The translations under genes were made by a program, and so were the position numbers. Of a stretch of DNA of 64,000 nucleotides, positions 9,081 through 18,690 are shown in pieces. Location: contig JALVSY010000007.1 of assembly GCA_027036135.1 (NCBI GenBank), positions 260,880 through 324,879 of the forward strand, written 5' to 3'. Source of the stretch: Pyrodictiaceae archaeon (GTDB lineage: Archaea; Thermoproteota; Thermoprotei_A; Sulfolobales; Pyrodictiaceae). Under the pieces are notes generated by a model. The model saw only the letters and a list, made by a program, of their open reading frames with translations. It made no database searches and was not told the DNA's origin. How positions within the stretch are numbered: the stretch's first letter is position 1; every line of letters begins with the position of its first letter.

Positions 9081-12000
9081 TTAAGCTTTGCGGAATAACA
9101 GCGCTATCACTACTAGTAGCAGTATTAGGTTAATCACGGACACCCATAGAGCAGCATTAGCCTTGCTCTCTGCCGCGCTCGCCTTGCTAGCTATACTGTT
9201 TACATTGTTCTTTGTTGCTAAGTTACTAAGGCTTGTCTGTATGGCGCTTATCTTCTTATCAAGGCTGCTTACTTTGGTATCTACCGTACTTACTTTGTTA
9301 CTTATTGTTGTTACTGCTGTACTTAAAGTCTTTATCTCACTGTTTATCGTGTTAAGCGCTGTCGACGTTGACTGTGCTAGCTGATTAATCGTTGTCGCTA
9401 GCTTAGTTAGTGATTGTGTTAGTGGCGCTAGTGCTTGTGCTACTTGTTGTCCTAGGCGCTTCTGTAATTGCTGCAACTGCGTACTTAGTTGTTTTACTTG
9501 ATTTCCTAGTTTTGATATCTGGGTAGCTTGTGAAGATAACTGTGCACCTAGGCTGTTCATTTGCTTTTGAATACTCTGTATTTGTTTCTTTACTCCAGTT
9601 ATTTCTTTTGTTACAGCAGCTGTTGTCTGTAGTACAACATCTTTTTCGGCTGGTAATGCTACTTGGTCGCTATAAGCTATAATCGCTAGGTCATAGGCAT
9701 AGCGCGGCTTTAGTTTGGCCGTCAAGTTTGCCGGTAACACGATTAAGAAGCCGGTTGGCGACCTCTCTGCTTGACCGACTGCTATTACTTTACCGGTAGC
9801 TGGGTCGCGTAAGACATACTCCACGTGAAGCGGCGGCATACCGGTTACCATGACACTTATTCTCGCTGTCTGCCCTGGCTCAACTATGGGCGTTATCACG
9901 CTTGTTATTGTTGTCGGTACTGGTAGGCCATATACCCATGTTGTTGGGCCGAATGGATATGTGGGATCGCGGAAGGCCTCAAGCTTCAGCATCTGTGCAC
10001 TTGGGCTAAACTCTATCATCTTAAATGGACCATCGCTTATCCAAGCAACTCCATATTTCTTTATATAGTTCTCTATCTTAGCTATCCTACTCTGCCATTC
10101 CTGCTTAGTCATTAAGGTTTCTCCGTTAGGTAGCACGAACCAGCTCTTATAATCATTAAAGTTTATCTCCTTGAGAGCTTTTGCTATTGCCTCTGCATGG
10201 CTCTTGAGCACTAAGTTAATATGCGGTATGTTCTCCTCTTGGCTCCGTATATCGCTTAGCGCGTATGTTTTTTTAACGAAGGCTAGGTAGTCCTCAGCTA
10301 GGATTATCGGTATTGGTACTTGCGGCGCTATTGCTGCTTGGCTAGCGATATAGTTGGGGTCAAAGAACCAGTAGTTTAGATATACTACTAGCTTTTTCTG
10401 CTTTGGCAGGAACTCGAATGCAACAAAGTTGTTGAAGGTCTGTTGTAGCTGTGAGGCTATACTGCTCTCTATGCTGCTCTTTGTCGGGTTGTAGGCTATG
10501 TCTAGTAACTCTGCATAATAACCTACAATATCGGCAAAGGTTATTGTCTCTCCATCATGCCAATGTGTACCTATCAACCGTGATAGATCGAATATGACCT
10601 TACTCGTAGCCTCCGTTCTATTAAGCTTATATGCTGGCACCCATCTATGATGGACAGCGTCCCACCAGACAGCATCCTTTGGTACTGGCAGCTTGCCGGT
10701 AGGTCCTGCTGTCTGGACGGTGTATGTGACTCTGAAGGGCATTGGCTCGCCATTAAATGGGTTATTCCACACCCAGGGATCGAATGTGGCATACATCGGC
10801 TCAACGCTGTAGACGTCGCTAAAGCCGCCTATGGGGTCCCAAATCGAGGCAGCCGTGTATACATGCAGGTTACCGATCTTGACTACCTTCTTGCCAGGAA
10901 TGTACACACCTCTGTAGAAGAACGGATTAGCAAGACCAGCTGCCAGGTCCAGCGTCACTCCTTTTACATCGCTCCTTGTAGCATAGGTATCCATCGTCGC
11001 TGCTACCCATATTCTCACGCTCTGCTCTATGCCTAGTTCTGTACCCTTACGTAAATAGTTAAGCCACTGTTGCTTATTATGCACATAGAGTACTTCGCCG
11101 GGCTTTATTAAGCCTTTCTGAAGCCAAATTAGATAGTCCACATAATTACTTTGCTTAATTTGCTTTGCATTGATCTGTGTCTGTGCTGTTAATAAACTGT
11201 AGAAGTCTATTGTGGCATTTATATAGTTCCAGTAACTTGACTCACTCCATCCAGGCATAAGACCAAACCAAGGTGCCGCAAACTGTGCTAGCTCCCAAGG
11301 ATCCCATTTCTGAAGACCGGTCTTACCCCAGCCTTCTGTGTAGAAGAACCAATCAAAGTCTATTGGATTCGTATAATAGACCTTAGGTATAGCTTCGCTA
11401 AACGTTACCTCTTCTCTTATTACTTGTATGCCTAGCTGTTGCAAGGCTGACGCAAACATGCGGCCAATATATAATCTTTCATCCTCGGTTCTTATGATAC
11501 CTATTACTTGTATGGGCTTGCCATTGTAGTACCATACGCCATTCTTGAGCTGGGCGCCAGCCTTCGTCAATACATTAGTTATAATTGTTTTTGCTAGGCC
11601 TGGATTATAACTAAACTCGTACTGCGCTACTACACTAATTAAATACGGGTATATTGGGTCATCAGGCCCATAGAACGTGTATCTAGTTATCGCTAGACCC
11701 TTATATATGTTTTTAACTATATAGCTTCTATCAACGACATAGTTTAGTGCGTACCGGATTTGGCGGAAGCAGAACGGGTTTATATCGTATTTACTGCTTT
11801 GCCAGAGGACTTTGACATTCGATGGTATAGCGTGGAGGGGTTTTGCGCATAGCTCAGCAATGGTTACACCAGTCTTGTTAAGAGGTACGCCAATAAACGG
11901 CATACTGTTCAACAGAGTTAAGTTAGCATTTTTGGGTATATATATGACCGTTGATACTATTACTGGGTTCACGCCCAGTATCTGTGCTGCTTCCTGCTTG

Positions 12001-12323
12001 CTGACTTTACCAGGTATCTGTACTATCATTACCGGTGCTGGATTCAAGAGTATGTCGACAAGGCCTGTTACTGCGTGATATAGCTTTATTCCAGGCTTTC
12101 CTACTAATTGTTGTACAGCTGCCGGGCTTAAACCGAAAAGGTAAACGTCTATGTCACCGCTTAGCAATGCTTGGGCAGCGTTTTGACGTGATACTGCTTT
12201 CCAGATCATATAGTCTGTTGCGGGGCCTCTCTTCGGCGTCTGCGCGTGTACTGGTAACGCGAAGGAGACTATGGGCGCTACTATGAGTGCGACTACTAGG
12301 AATGCGAATACATAATTTCTCAA
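9081..12323 (-). CDS. family 5 solute-binding protein with C-terminal coiled-coil stalk and TM anchor
   Basis: Signal peptide; SBP5-like segments (NPFCFRQIRYALNYVVDR, WHDGETITFAD, GPFK); Q/S/T-rich heptad region and a hydrophobic C-terminal tail; heads the Opp operon. Confidence 0.88.
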   Translation of the reverse strand: MRNYVFAFLVVALIVAPIVSFALPVHAQTPKRGPATDYMIWKAVSRQNAAQALLSGDIDVYLFGLSPAAVQQLVGKPGIKLYHAVTGLVDILLNPAPVMIVQIPGKVSKQEAAQILGVNPVIVSTVIYIPKNANLTLLNSMPFIGVPLNKTGVTIAELCAKPLHAIPSNVKVLWQSSKYDINPFCFRQIRYALNYVVDRSYIVKNIYKGLAITRYTFYGPDDPIYPYLISVVAQYEFSYNPGLAKTIITNVLTKAGAQLKNGVWYYNGKPIQVIGIIRTEDERLYIGRMFASALQQLGIQVIREEVTFSEAIPKVYYTNPIDFDWFFYTEGWGKTGLQKWDPWELAQFAAPWFGLMPGWSESSYWNYINATIDFYSLLTAQTQINAKQIKQSNYVDYLIWLQKGLIKPGEVLYVHNKQQWLNYLRKGTELGIEQSVRIWVAATMDTYATRSDVKGVTLDLAAGLANPFFYRGVYIPGKKVVKIGNLHVYTAASIWDPIGGFSDVYSVEPMYATFDPWVWNNPFNGEPMPFRVTYTVQTAGPTGKLPVPKDAVWWDAVHHRWVPAYKLNRTEATSKVIFDLSRLIGTHWHDGETITFADIVGYYAELLDIAYNPTKSSIESSIASQLQQTFNNFVAFEFLPKQKKLVVYLNYWFFDPNYIASQAAIAPQVPIPIILAEDYLAFVKKTYALSDIRSQEENIPHINLVLKSHAEAIAKALKEINFNDYKSWFVLPNGETLMTKQEWQSRIAKIENYIKKYGVAWISDGPFKMIEFSPSAQMLKLEAFRDPTYPFGPTTWVYGLPVPTTITSVITPIVEPGQTARISVMVTGMPPLHVEYVLRDPATGKVIAVGQAERSPTGFLIVLPANLTAKLKPRYAYDLAIIAYSDQVALPAEKDVVLQTTAAVTKEITGVKKQIQSIQKQMNSLGAQLSSQATQISKLGNQVKQLSTQLQQLQKRLGQQVAQALAPLTQSLTKLATTINQLAQSTSTALNTINSEIKTLSTAVTTISNKVSTVDTKVSSLDKKISAIQTSLSNLATKNNVNSIASKASAAESKANAALWVSVINLILLLVVIALLFRKA

Positions 12324-12388
12324 CGTGCTCCCCCTCTACGTGTGTTTTCTTACCTTACCTCAAGCAAAAAGTAGGATTCCCTTGCCTC

Positions 12389-12403
12389 TTTAAAAAGCTT
12401 TCC
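12389..12403 (-). promoter_or_regulatory. BRE/TATA promoter of the peptide-binding protein operon
   Basis: Minus strand reads GGAAAGC-TTTTTAAA about 65 nt upstream of the start; GGGGAG RBS precedes the TTG start. Confidence 0.55.
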
Positions 12404-12533
12404 TTAGCGTTAGCACTGGCTCACATAATCTGCTTCTACACCTTTGTATCCTCAATAACTATTTTGTGTCCTTAAAGCTAAGCATACGTTATTTAACATA
12501 TTTTGGCGATTAATCCAAGCGCTCATGAACATT

Positions 12534-13367
12534 CTAATGTCGCGCCCGTAGCACAAGTACGATTAGTGCTTCGAGAAGAAGGCCACTCAGAATAAATATC
12601 AGTGATAGATTAATATACTCTTGCTCAGTGCCTACACCGGGACAAGAATACTTGTTAATCAGTACTTGCTTTACTTTAAATAGCGCTTCTGTTCTAGTAA
12701 ACTTTAGCTGTCCAGCATATATATTATATCGACATTTAATTATATAGACATTATGCCCAGGTGAATCAGTATTAATGCTTATTAATCTACAGCCTTTAGG
12801 AGCGATGTATTGCTCTAGCTTGACCCCTTCTACGCTTAGGATTGCTTTTCTCGAGGAAAGCCCGACATAAAGTATCGCTCTGAGACCCGGGTAGCTCCAT
12901 GTAAAAATTAATACAGAGCCGTGCTCACCTGCACTCTTCACCATTGTTGCCGGAATAGTCTCATTGGTAGCTAGTTTGATAAGAATATTGACTAGTATTC
13001 CTCGCCCTATATTTACTTCCTTGAGGTATTTGCTCTCCAGCGCACTCATAGGTACATCTAGCGAGTTCAGCATTGTACCGCATCTGGTTAAGCTACATGG
13101 AGAATATAATATTAAGAATCCCTTAGCTCCAAGCGAGCTATTAAACTCACTTAATAAGAGCGATAACCTGGTATAGGGTACTAAACAAGTCTTTAGACTT
13201 GTTGCCTTAAGCCTATAAAGGAGCGGATGCATAGAAGGCACTATAATTAGCAGAAGCCCGGTTATCAGAACAAGCAAGTAAATTGGTTTTAATGCTATTT
13301 TTCTTTTATAAAAATTTCTTCGACTCATTGCTCTCCCTCCTAGCGGCATTGGCCTTGCTGAAAGCAC
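12534..13367 (-). CDS. hypothetical membrane protein (start probably ATG at 13328)
   Basis: N- and C-terminal TM helices; GGAGGG RBS-like sequence precedes the internal Met (MSRRNF). Confidence 0.6.
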   Translation of the reverse strand: MLSARPMPLGGRAMSRRNFYKRKIALKPIYLLVLITGLLLIIVPSMHPLLYRLKATSLKTCLVPYTRLSLLLSEFNSSLGAKGFLILYSPCSLTRCGTMLNSLDVPMSALESKYLKEVNIGRGILVNILIKLATNETIPATMVKSAGEHGSVLIFTWSYPGLRAILYVGLSSRKAILSVEGVKLEQYIAPKGCRLISINTDSPGHNVYIIKCRYNIYAGQLKFTRTEALFKVKQVLINKYSCPGVGTEQEYINLSLIFILSGLLLEALIVLVLRARH

Positions 13368-13516
13368 TACTCAGCATATAGCTATAGCTTAAGCATATCA
13401 AATTTAAACTAATAGAAAGCCACATGGCTTGCAACAGCTTTGCTTCTAACTTATACGAGCATAAAGAGTTTAAGGAAGGGAACCAGGTGAATCAAATATT
13501 CCCGAGTGAATAGCTA

Positions 13517-14041
13517 ATGCGCCATAGTAGCTCGCTTAGTAGCTACTTTATAAAAATTGGATTACTATTATTACTTGGCGCACTATTCTCGTCATTTGCT
13601 GCACTCTATACAATTACTAGCACCAAGCATTCAGTTACGAAAATAGCTACAAAAAAACCTTATTATTCGATAATAGTACTTAACTTGCTCAATACCACTA
13701 AAAAGAAGCAATTCGACAATGTAGCTAATATAGATGTAACAGTAGTAAATAAAGGATCCTCGAGACTACTGATCCTTACAGCACCATACACTAATCTTTC
13801 AATTACATTACAACCTGGCAAAAACATTACACTCACAGGACTCTCGCCTCTGGATGATCTCGTTATACAAGCCTTAAACAGCTCTGCCATAAATGTGTCT
13901 CTAGAGGCAACAGCTCATCTCGAGTATAGACCTTATCTAGTACTAGGACTACTAGGGTTGGTTCTCTTCCTCGCTGGCTCTATATTGCTCTCAGTAGGCA
14001 TAATAATAAGGTTTAGTGGAGTCGAAGAAGCCTTCACCTAG
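13517..14041 (+). CDS. hypothetical membrane protein with two TM helices flanking a beta-rich extracellular domain
   Basis: Hydrophobic termini and several NxT/S sequons. Confidence 0.65.
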   Translation: MRHSSSLSSYFIKIGLLLLLGALFSSFAALYTITSTKHSVTKIATKKPYYSIIVLNLLNTTKKKQFDNVANIDVTVVNKGSSRLLILTAPYTNLSITLQPGKNITLTGLSPLDDLVIQALNSSAINVSLEATAHLEYRPYLVLGLLGLVLFLAGSILLSVGIIIRFSGVEEAFT

Positions 14042-14121
14042 GAGATGATACTATATATTCAAATATGATTTTGTTAAAAAGCGATCGGCTCCGGCCATGC
14101 TGTATAGCACCATGTAGATGG

Positions 14122-14547
14122 TTAGAAGCGTGGTCGTCTACGATACGGGTTTCTCCCCATTCCTCTGCGAGGAGGACGATACCCCTCAGGCGCCTTGGGG
14201 GTTTCCTCGGGGACCTCGTCGGGCTGGGGAACCTCTTGGTCCTCTACGTGCTCTATATTGCTCTTGCCGCCTACGTTGAGGACTACTTGGCCCCGATACG
14301 CGGTTGTCCATGCACCATGTATCTCTACTGCCTCTCCCTGCTTGAGGCTGCCAGCTGCATGGCCCCAGAGGGTTAGGCGGGTGCGGCCAGTCTCATCCCC
14401 GACTATTGCCTCGCTTATCGTGCGAGGACCTTTACGTGTATTTATTACGCGTGGCTCCTGGGCCTCAATTACCCGGACTTTTACGCTCACGTTGTCCATT
14501 CCGGGTTGGAGCTCGGAGATTTTTGTTTCTTTTACGTCTTTTTCCAT
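14122..14547 (-). CDS. ssb: crenarchaeal single-stranded DNA-binding protein
   Basis: Single OB fold (TISEAIVGDETGRTRLTLWG, GAWTTAYRGQVVLNVG) plus an acidic/Arg-rich tail, as in Sulfolobus SSB. Confidence 0.92.
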   Translation of the reverse strand: MEKDVKETKISELQPGMDNVSVKVRVIEAQEPRVINTRKGPRTISEAIVGDETGRTRLTLWGHAAGSLKQGEAVEIHGAWTTAYRGQVVLNVGGKSNIEHVEDQEVPQPDEVPEETPKAPEGYRPPRRGMGRNPYRRRPRF

Positions 14548-14675
14548 TCGGACATTACACCATTCTACGCGATTCGGCTAAACATGTAAAGCTGGGCCTC
14601 TGCTCCCCTTATATCTCTTTGGGTACACATAGCGCAACTACGCTATAGACCCCGTCAGTGATAATGCACTAAGAA

Positions 14676-14855
14676 GGGGCTGTGAAGAGGCTGGCCTGTA
14701 CTCGAAGGGGGGGTTCCCCGGATGTAGAAGCCTGGGGGTTAGGGCTGAGCCGTTTACCTGGGAGCGGTACCTTAACGACCACTCCCAGGCTCATCATGGC
14801 ACGGCTCGGGGCAGGCTACGGCGGTTCAATCGCCCTCGCGTACCCCGAGCCCACC
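14676..14855. ncRNA. structured GC-rich element upstream of the TnpB-like gene (candidate omega/guide RNA scaffold; contains a C/D-like module)
   Basis: Stems CCTGGGAG/CTCCCAGG, GGCTCGGGG/CCCCGAGCC, GGCG/CGCC and GAGCCGT/ACGGCTC. Plus-strand boxes GTGAAGA, TCGA, ATGTAGA and CTGA closed by GGC/GCC. Confidence 0.55.
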
Positions 14856-14922
14856 AGTTTGTTTTACCGCCAGTAAAACTTATAGAGTTTCACTTGGGTA
14901 TATCCCCATATGGATTCTCACT

Positions 14923-16017
14923 ATGAGCTACATCACTATTATCGCTGGTTTCAGCGCTTCCGGTGAGAATGCTAAGCTACTGCTCTCTACAGCTTGGCTA
15001 TTCAAGATTGCAACTCATAGAGTACTTGGCTATGCCAAGTCGATGCCCGTCTTACCAGCCTCTAAGATTGCTTGGAAGAACACGTTCAGAAGAGTAGCAT
15101 ACGATGTTATCCCCAATCGCAGATATGCTGACTCAGTAGTAGTCCTAGTCATGGCTATCTACGAATCGTGTAGACGGTTAGGCATAGACTTCAAAGAAGT
15201 AGAGCTAGGAAACTGGCCCATGTTCCAGCAGAGTGAGAAAGAATATCCACCAAGAAACATCACTGTAAAGAGTATTGATGAGGCGTGGATAACAGTACTC
15301 AGCTACACTGGTGAAAGCAAGAGGATAAAGCTAAGAGTAGACACGTCAAAGGCTTATAGGAGATTGCTGGAGGCAATACTGGAGGAGAAACAAGCATACA
15401 ACCCAAGAATATACATCAAATCATGGAATATTAGGAATGGAGTACTCTACGTTAAAGGAGAACTACAAATAGCAATACCACTAGAATTCTACTACAAACA
15501 CATGACACGGTTTAAGAAAAACCTTGGCAAGCTCTATGGCGGTGTAGACGTTAACACAGATAGACTCAACCTAGCAATAGTTGATGAAAAAGGAAAGTTA
15601 AGGGACACCAAGACCTTCTGGTTCGAGGAGGCATCCAGAAAAAGGATATTCCAGGCATAGAGCTAGAAGCATTATAAGTATGTAAAATACATGAGATGCT
15701 GAAGTATGCATATCATCATGGAGTAAAGGCATTGTTTCTAGAAAACTCTGAGACTACAGGAAGGCTTAGACTTCTATGGATAAGGAGAGGCAAGAGACTT
15801 CATAGTAACTATAACTGGAAAGTATCGACATTCAGAAGCTCAATAATAGAGATGATAGCGATAAAAAGCCCCGCTGTACTCGATGAAGGTAAGTTATGTA
15901 AACCCTAAGGGGACAACGCACTCAAAGGAACATGACGAATTAATGAAAATGTATAAGCTAGATAGGCATACAACATCAGCCTATCTCATAGCCCTAAAAG
16001 GACTTAAACTATCCTAA
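14923..16017 (+). pseudogene. tnpB: TnpB-like (IS200/IS605-related) RuvC nuclease, zinc-finger-less, three +1 frameshifts
   Basis: RuvC-I GVDVNTDRLNLAIVD and RuvC-II LFLEN. After a shift at the A-run near 15864 the frame reads VNPKGTTHSKEHDELMKMYKLDRHTTSAYLIALKGLKLS* (RuvC-III DRH). Other shifts lie near 15640 and 15682. No tnpA is present. Confidence 0.8.
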
Positions 16018-16041
16018 AAGGCTCTGCCATAGTTACTGCTT

Positions 16042-16452
16042 TTATCTTTCCTCAACTATTTTCTTAACGGTGATCATGTAGGGGGCTAGCTCGCCGAGTC
16101 TCCACTCCATACGCTCTCCTGTCGCGGCAGAGAAAGAGACAACCACTGTATCATCATCACCGAACTCTGCCAATACTTGACGGCAAGCACCACAAGGTGG
16201 CAGGGGCTCAGGCGTGGATGAGACAATTACTACCTTGCGTATTTTGCGGCGTCCTGCGGTAATCATTGCTGCTACTGCTGCGCGCTCTGCACATATGGTT
16301 AGCCCGAGGCTAGCGTTCTCAACGTTTACGCCCAGGTGGACTGAGCCGTCCTCGGCCTCTATTGCTGCTGCTACACGTATACCACTATAAGGAGCATAGG
16401 CGTTGCCGAGAATGCTTAGAGCCTTTTCTTTTAACTCCTCAACGCTGGGCAC
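16042..16452 (-). CDS. cdd: cytidine deaminase
   Basis: NAYAPYS, GVNVENAS, CAER and PCGACRQ zinc motifs. Confidence 0.95.
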   Translation of the reverse strand: MPSVEELKEKALSILGNAYAPYSGIRVAAAIEAEDGSVHLGVNVENASLGLTICAERAAVAAMITAGRRKIRKVVIVSSTPEPLPPCGACRQVLAEFGDDDTVVVSFSAATGERMEWRLGELAPYMITVKKIVEER

Positions 16453-16613
16453 GGGTCAGCACCAGGCCAGGAGTTTCAACGCTCCCCGGGTCTGTTTCTC
16501 GGACTCGCGTAGGGTATAGGGTTTTTGAGTACCTGGCCTTCCCGCCACTGGCCGGGACCAGAGGTCTGGAACGAGAAACAAGAATAGACCATGTACCGTG
16601 GTGGCGCACTGGC

Positions 16614-18059
16614 ATGGTTGATGACGCGGAACGCGTTATTATAGGCTTGGAGGTACATATCCAGATAAACTCTCTTGAGTCGAAGCTGTTCTGTAGCTGT
16701 AGCAGCGACTATCATGGAGCCGGGCCTAATACTCGTATTTGTCCTGTATGCTTAGGGCTTCCCGGCTCATTACCGGTTACCAACGAGAAGGCTGTCCATA
16801 AAGCGATCCAGCTCTGCCTGGCTATTGGTGGGCGCGTTGCCCCGGTGCTCCGCTTTGATAGGAAGCATTACTTTTACCCCGACTTGCCGAAGAACTACCA
16901 GATAACGCAGTACCTTGAGCCTATTTGCCGTGGAGGTAGCGTGGAGATAGAGACAAGGAAGGGAGCCAAGAGGATAAGGATTAGGAGGATAAATATCGAG
17001 GAGGATCCTGGGAGAATAGTTTATCCCGGTGGCTCGCCCCACAGCAGCCCATATGCGCTTGTTGATTATAATCGGAGCGGTGTAGCGCTCCTAGAGATAG
17101 TCACTGAGCCCGACATGGAGTCACCAGACGAGGCCGTGGCTTTCCTCGAAAAGCTCCGCAGTATCGTGGAGCACCTAGGGATATGTGATTGCGGACTAGA
17201 GGGGGCCATGCGGGCTGATGCCAACATAAGCATTGAGGGCGGTGAACGAGTAGAGGTAAAGAACATCACCGGGTTCACGGAGGTGAAGAAGGCACTAGCC
17301 TACGAGATTACTAGGCAACGGGACCTCCTTGCCAAGGGGCAGCGTCCTCGCCGAGAGACTCGGCACTGGGACGCCGTGCGCCGAGTCACTCTCCCCGCGC
17401 GCACCAAGGAGACCGAGGAGGATTATAGGTACATGCCGGAGCCTAATCTACCCCCAGCGCCTATCCCCAGAGAGCTTGTTGAGAAGCTTAGGGAGACATT
17501 ACCGGAGTTGCCGGATGCACGCATGAAGAGGCTCGTAGAGCAGTATGGCCTCCGTAGAGAGGTCGCTAAGGTGCTTGTGTCTCGTAAAGTGCTTGCCGAT
17601 TTCTTCGAGGACGCTGCAAGGATCTATAGCGGGGATGCGCGTAGACTAGCAAATTACCTTGTCAATGACTTGCTTAACTGGCTTAAGGATGAGGAGCTTC
17701 GGCCTCTCTATAGGCGTGTTCGCCCGGAGCACGTTGCGAAGGTGATGAGGCTACTGGATAGCGGGGTAATTAGTATTCGCCAGGCCAAGGAGCTTGCGGA
17801 GCACCTAGTAAAGAGGGGTGTTGACCCCGAGAAGCTCGTAGAGGAGCTCGGGTTTAGGAGAATAGCTGACCCCGAGAGGCTCAGAGAAGTGGTACGAAAG
17901 GTGCTGAAGGAGAACCCTAAGGCTGTGCGTGATGCGCTGAAAAACCCTAAGGCGATTAACTTCCTCGTGGGAATGGTTATGAGGGAGACGCGTGGGAGAG
18001 CTGACCCCGTCGTTGCGAGAAGACTTGTTGAGGAGGAGCTTGAGAAAATGAAGAGCTAG
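16614..18059 (+). CDS. gatB: Asp-tRNA(Asn)/Glu-tRNA(Gln) amidotransferase subunit B
   Basis: IGLEVH, KLFC, RKHYFYPDLPKNYQITQ, DYNRSG, DYRYMPEP. Start reassigned to ATG 16614 because the longer ORF overlaps cdd. Confidence 0.95.
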   Translation: MVDDAERVIIGLEVHIQINSLESKLFCSCSSDYHGAGPNTRICPVCLGLPGSLPVTNEKAVHKAIQLCLAIGGRVAPVLRFDRKHYFYPDLPKNYQITQYLEPICRGGSVEIETRKGAKRIRIRRINIEEDPGRIVYPGGSPHSSPYALVDYNRSGVALLEIVTEPDMESPDEAVAFLEKLRSIVEHLGICDCGLEGAMRADANISIEGGERVEVKNITGFTEVKKALAYEITRQRDLLAKGQRPRRETRHWDAVRRVTLPARTKETEEDYRYMPEPNLPPAPIPRELVEKLRETLPELPDARMKRLVEQYGLRREVAKVLVSRKVLADFFEDAARIYSGDARRLANYLVNDLLNWLKDEELRPLYRRVRPEHVAKVMRLLDSGVISIRQAKELAEHLVKRGVDPEKLVEELGFRRIADPERLREVVRKVLKENPKAVRDALKNPKAINFLVGMVMRETRGRADPVVARRLVEEELEKMKS

Positions 18060-18505
18060 TGCCCGAGCCTGACTATCTCTACCTCGATGCTCTTTGCGTA
18101 GCGTTCGGCGTCGTAGCTGTACTCGTAGGCCGCTGCCACGGGAACTACTTGTTCTTCTCCAAGCTTCTCGGCCATCTCGCCGGCCTCGTCAACGAGCACA
18201 TCTATGTCCCCTACGTCTACATAGGGCTTCGCGTAGATATAGAACACAAGGCCATCGAACCAGAGAATCACGCGGGCCCAGAGGGTATCAGAGAACCCAT
18301 AGTCCTCTATGACGCGGATAAGCCTAGCACCCTCAAGCCTACCCCCCAGCATGAATGCCGTGGTAACTGTACGCACATGGTCCATGAACCGGTATGGGCT
18401 GAGTGGTGGAGCCGCTGGCTCCTCTTCAACACTTTCCTCGAGGCTCTCCGAGAGGCTTTCAAGAGCCGCGAGCTTCTCTAGGGCTAGGCTCACAGTTCCC
18501 ACCAT
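18056..18505 (-). CDS. hypothetical protein, possibly a degenerate PD-(D/E)XK restriction-endonuclease-like fold
   Basis: Pattern ...YIYAKPYVDVGDID...VVPVAAAY...AERYAKSIEVEIV resembles small archaeal REase-like proteins. Confidence 0.5.
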   Translation of the reverse strand: MVGTVSLALEKLAALESLSESLEESVEEEPAAPPLSPYRFMDHVRTVTTAFMLGGRLEGARLIRVIEDYGFSDTLWARVILWFDGLVFYIYAKPYVDVGDIDVLVDEAGEMAEKLGEEQVVPVAAAYEYSYDAERYAKSIEVEIVRLGH

Positions 18506-18690
18506 ACACTATATTGTGTTGGTAGAGGCGTTTAGCGGGGAGGAGGTCATCTATAGCACTGTATTATGCTATGTATTGGAACTAGACGTCCCCGGGTAGA
18601 AACACCAGGCTAAGCCGTGCTACACTAGTACTACACCAGTATCACTAAGCGCCGAGAAAGCGGGGAGCCGTGCAAAGGACACACGGGAGG

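Noticed and set aside
14820-14835. tRNA T-arm-like GGCGGTTCAATCGCC
   Set aside because: No cloverleaf, D arm or anticodon arm; treated as part of the structured element upstream of tnpB.
14682-14876. 64-aa ORF upstream of tnpB as a possible tnpA
   Set aside because: No HuH/Y1 or serine-recombinase motifs; the ORF coincides with RNA hairpins.
16362-16613. N-terminal extension of GatB in the ORF track
   Set aside because: It overlaps the divergent cdd gene and promoter; homology begins at Met 16614.
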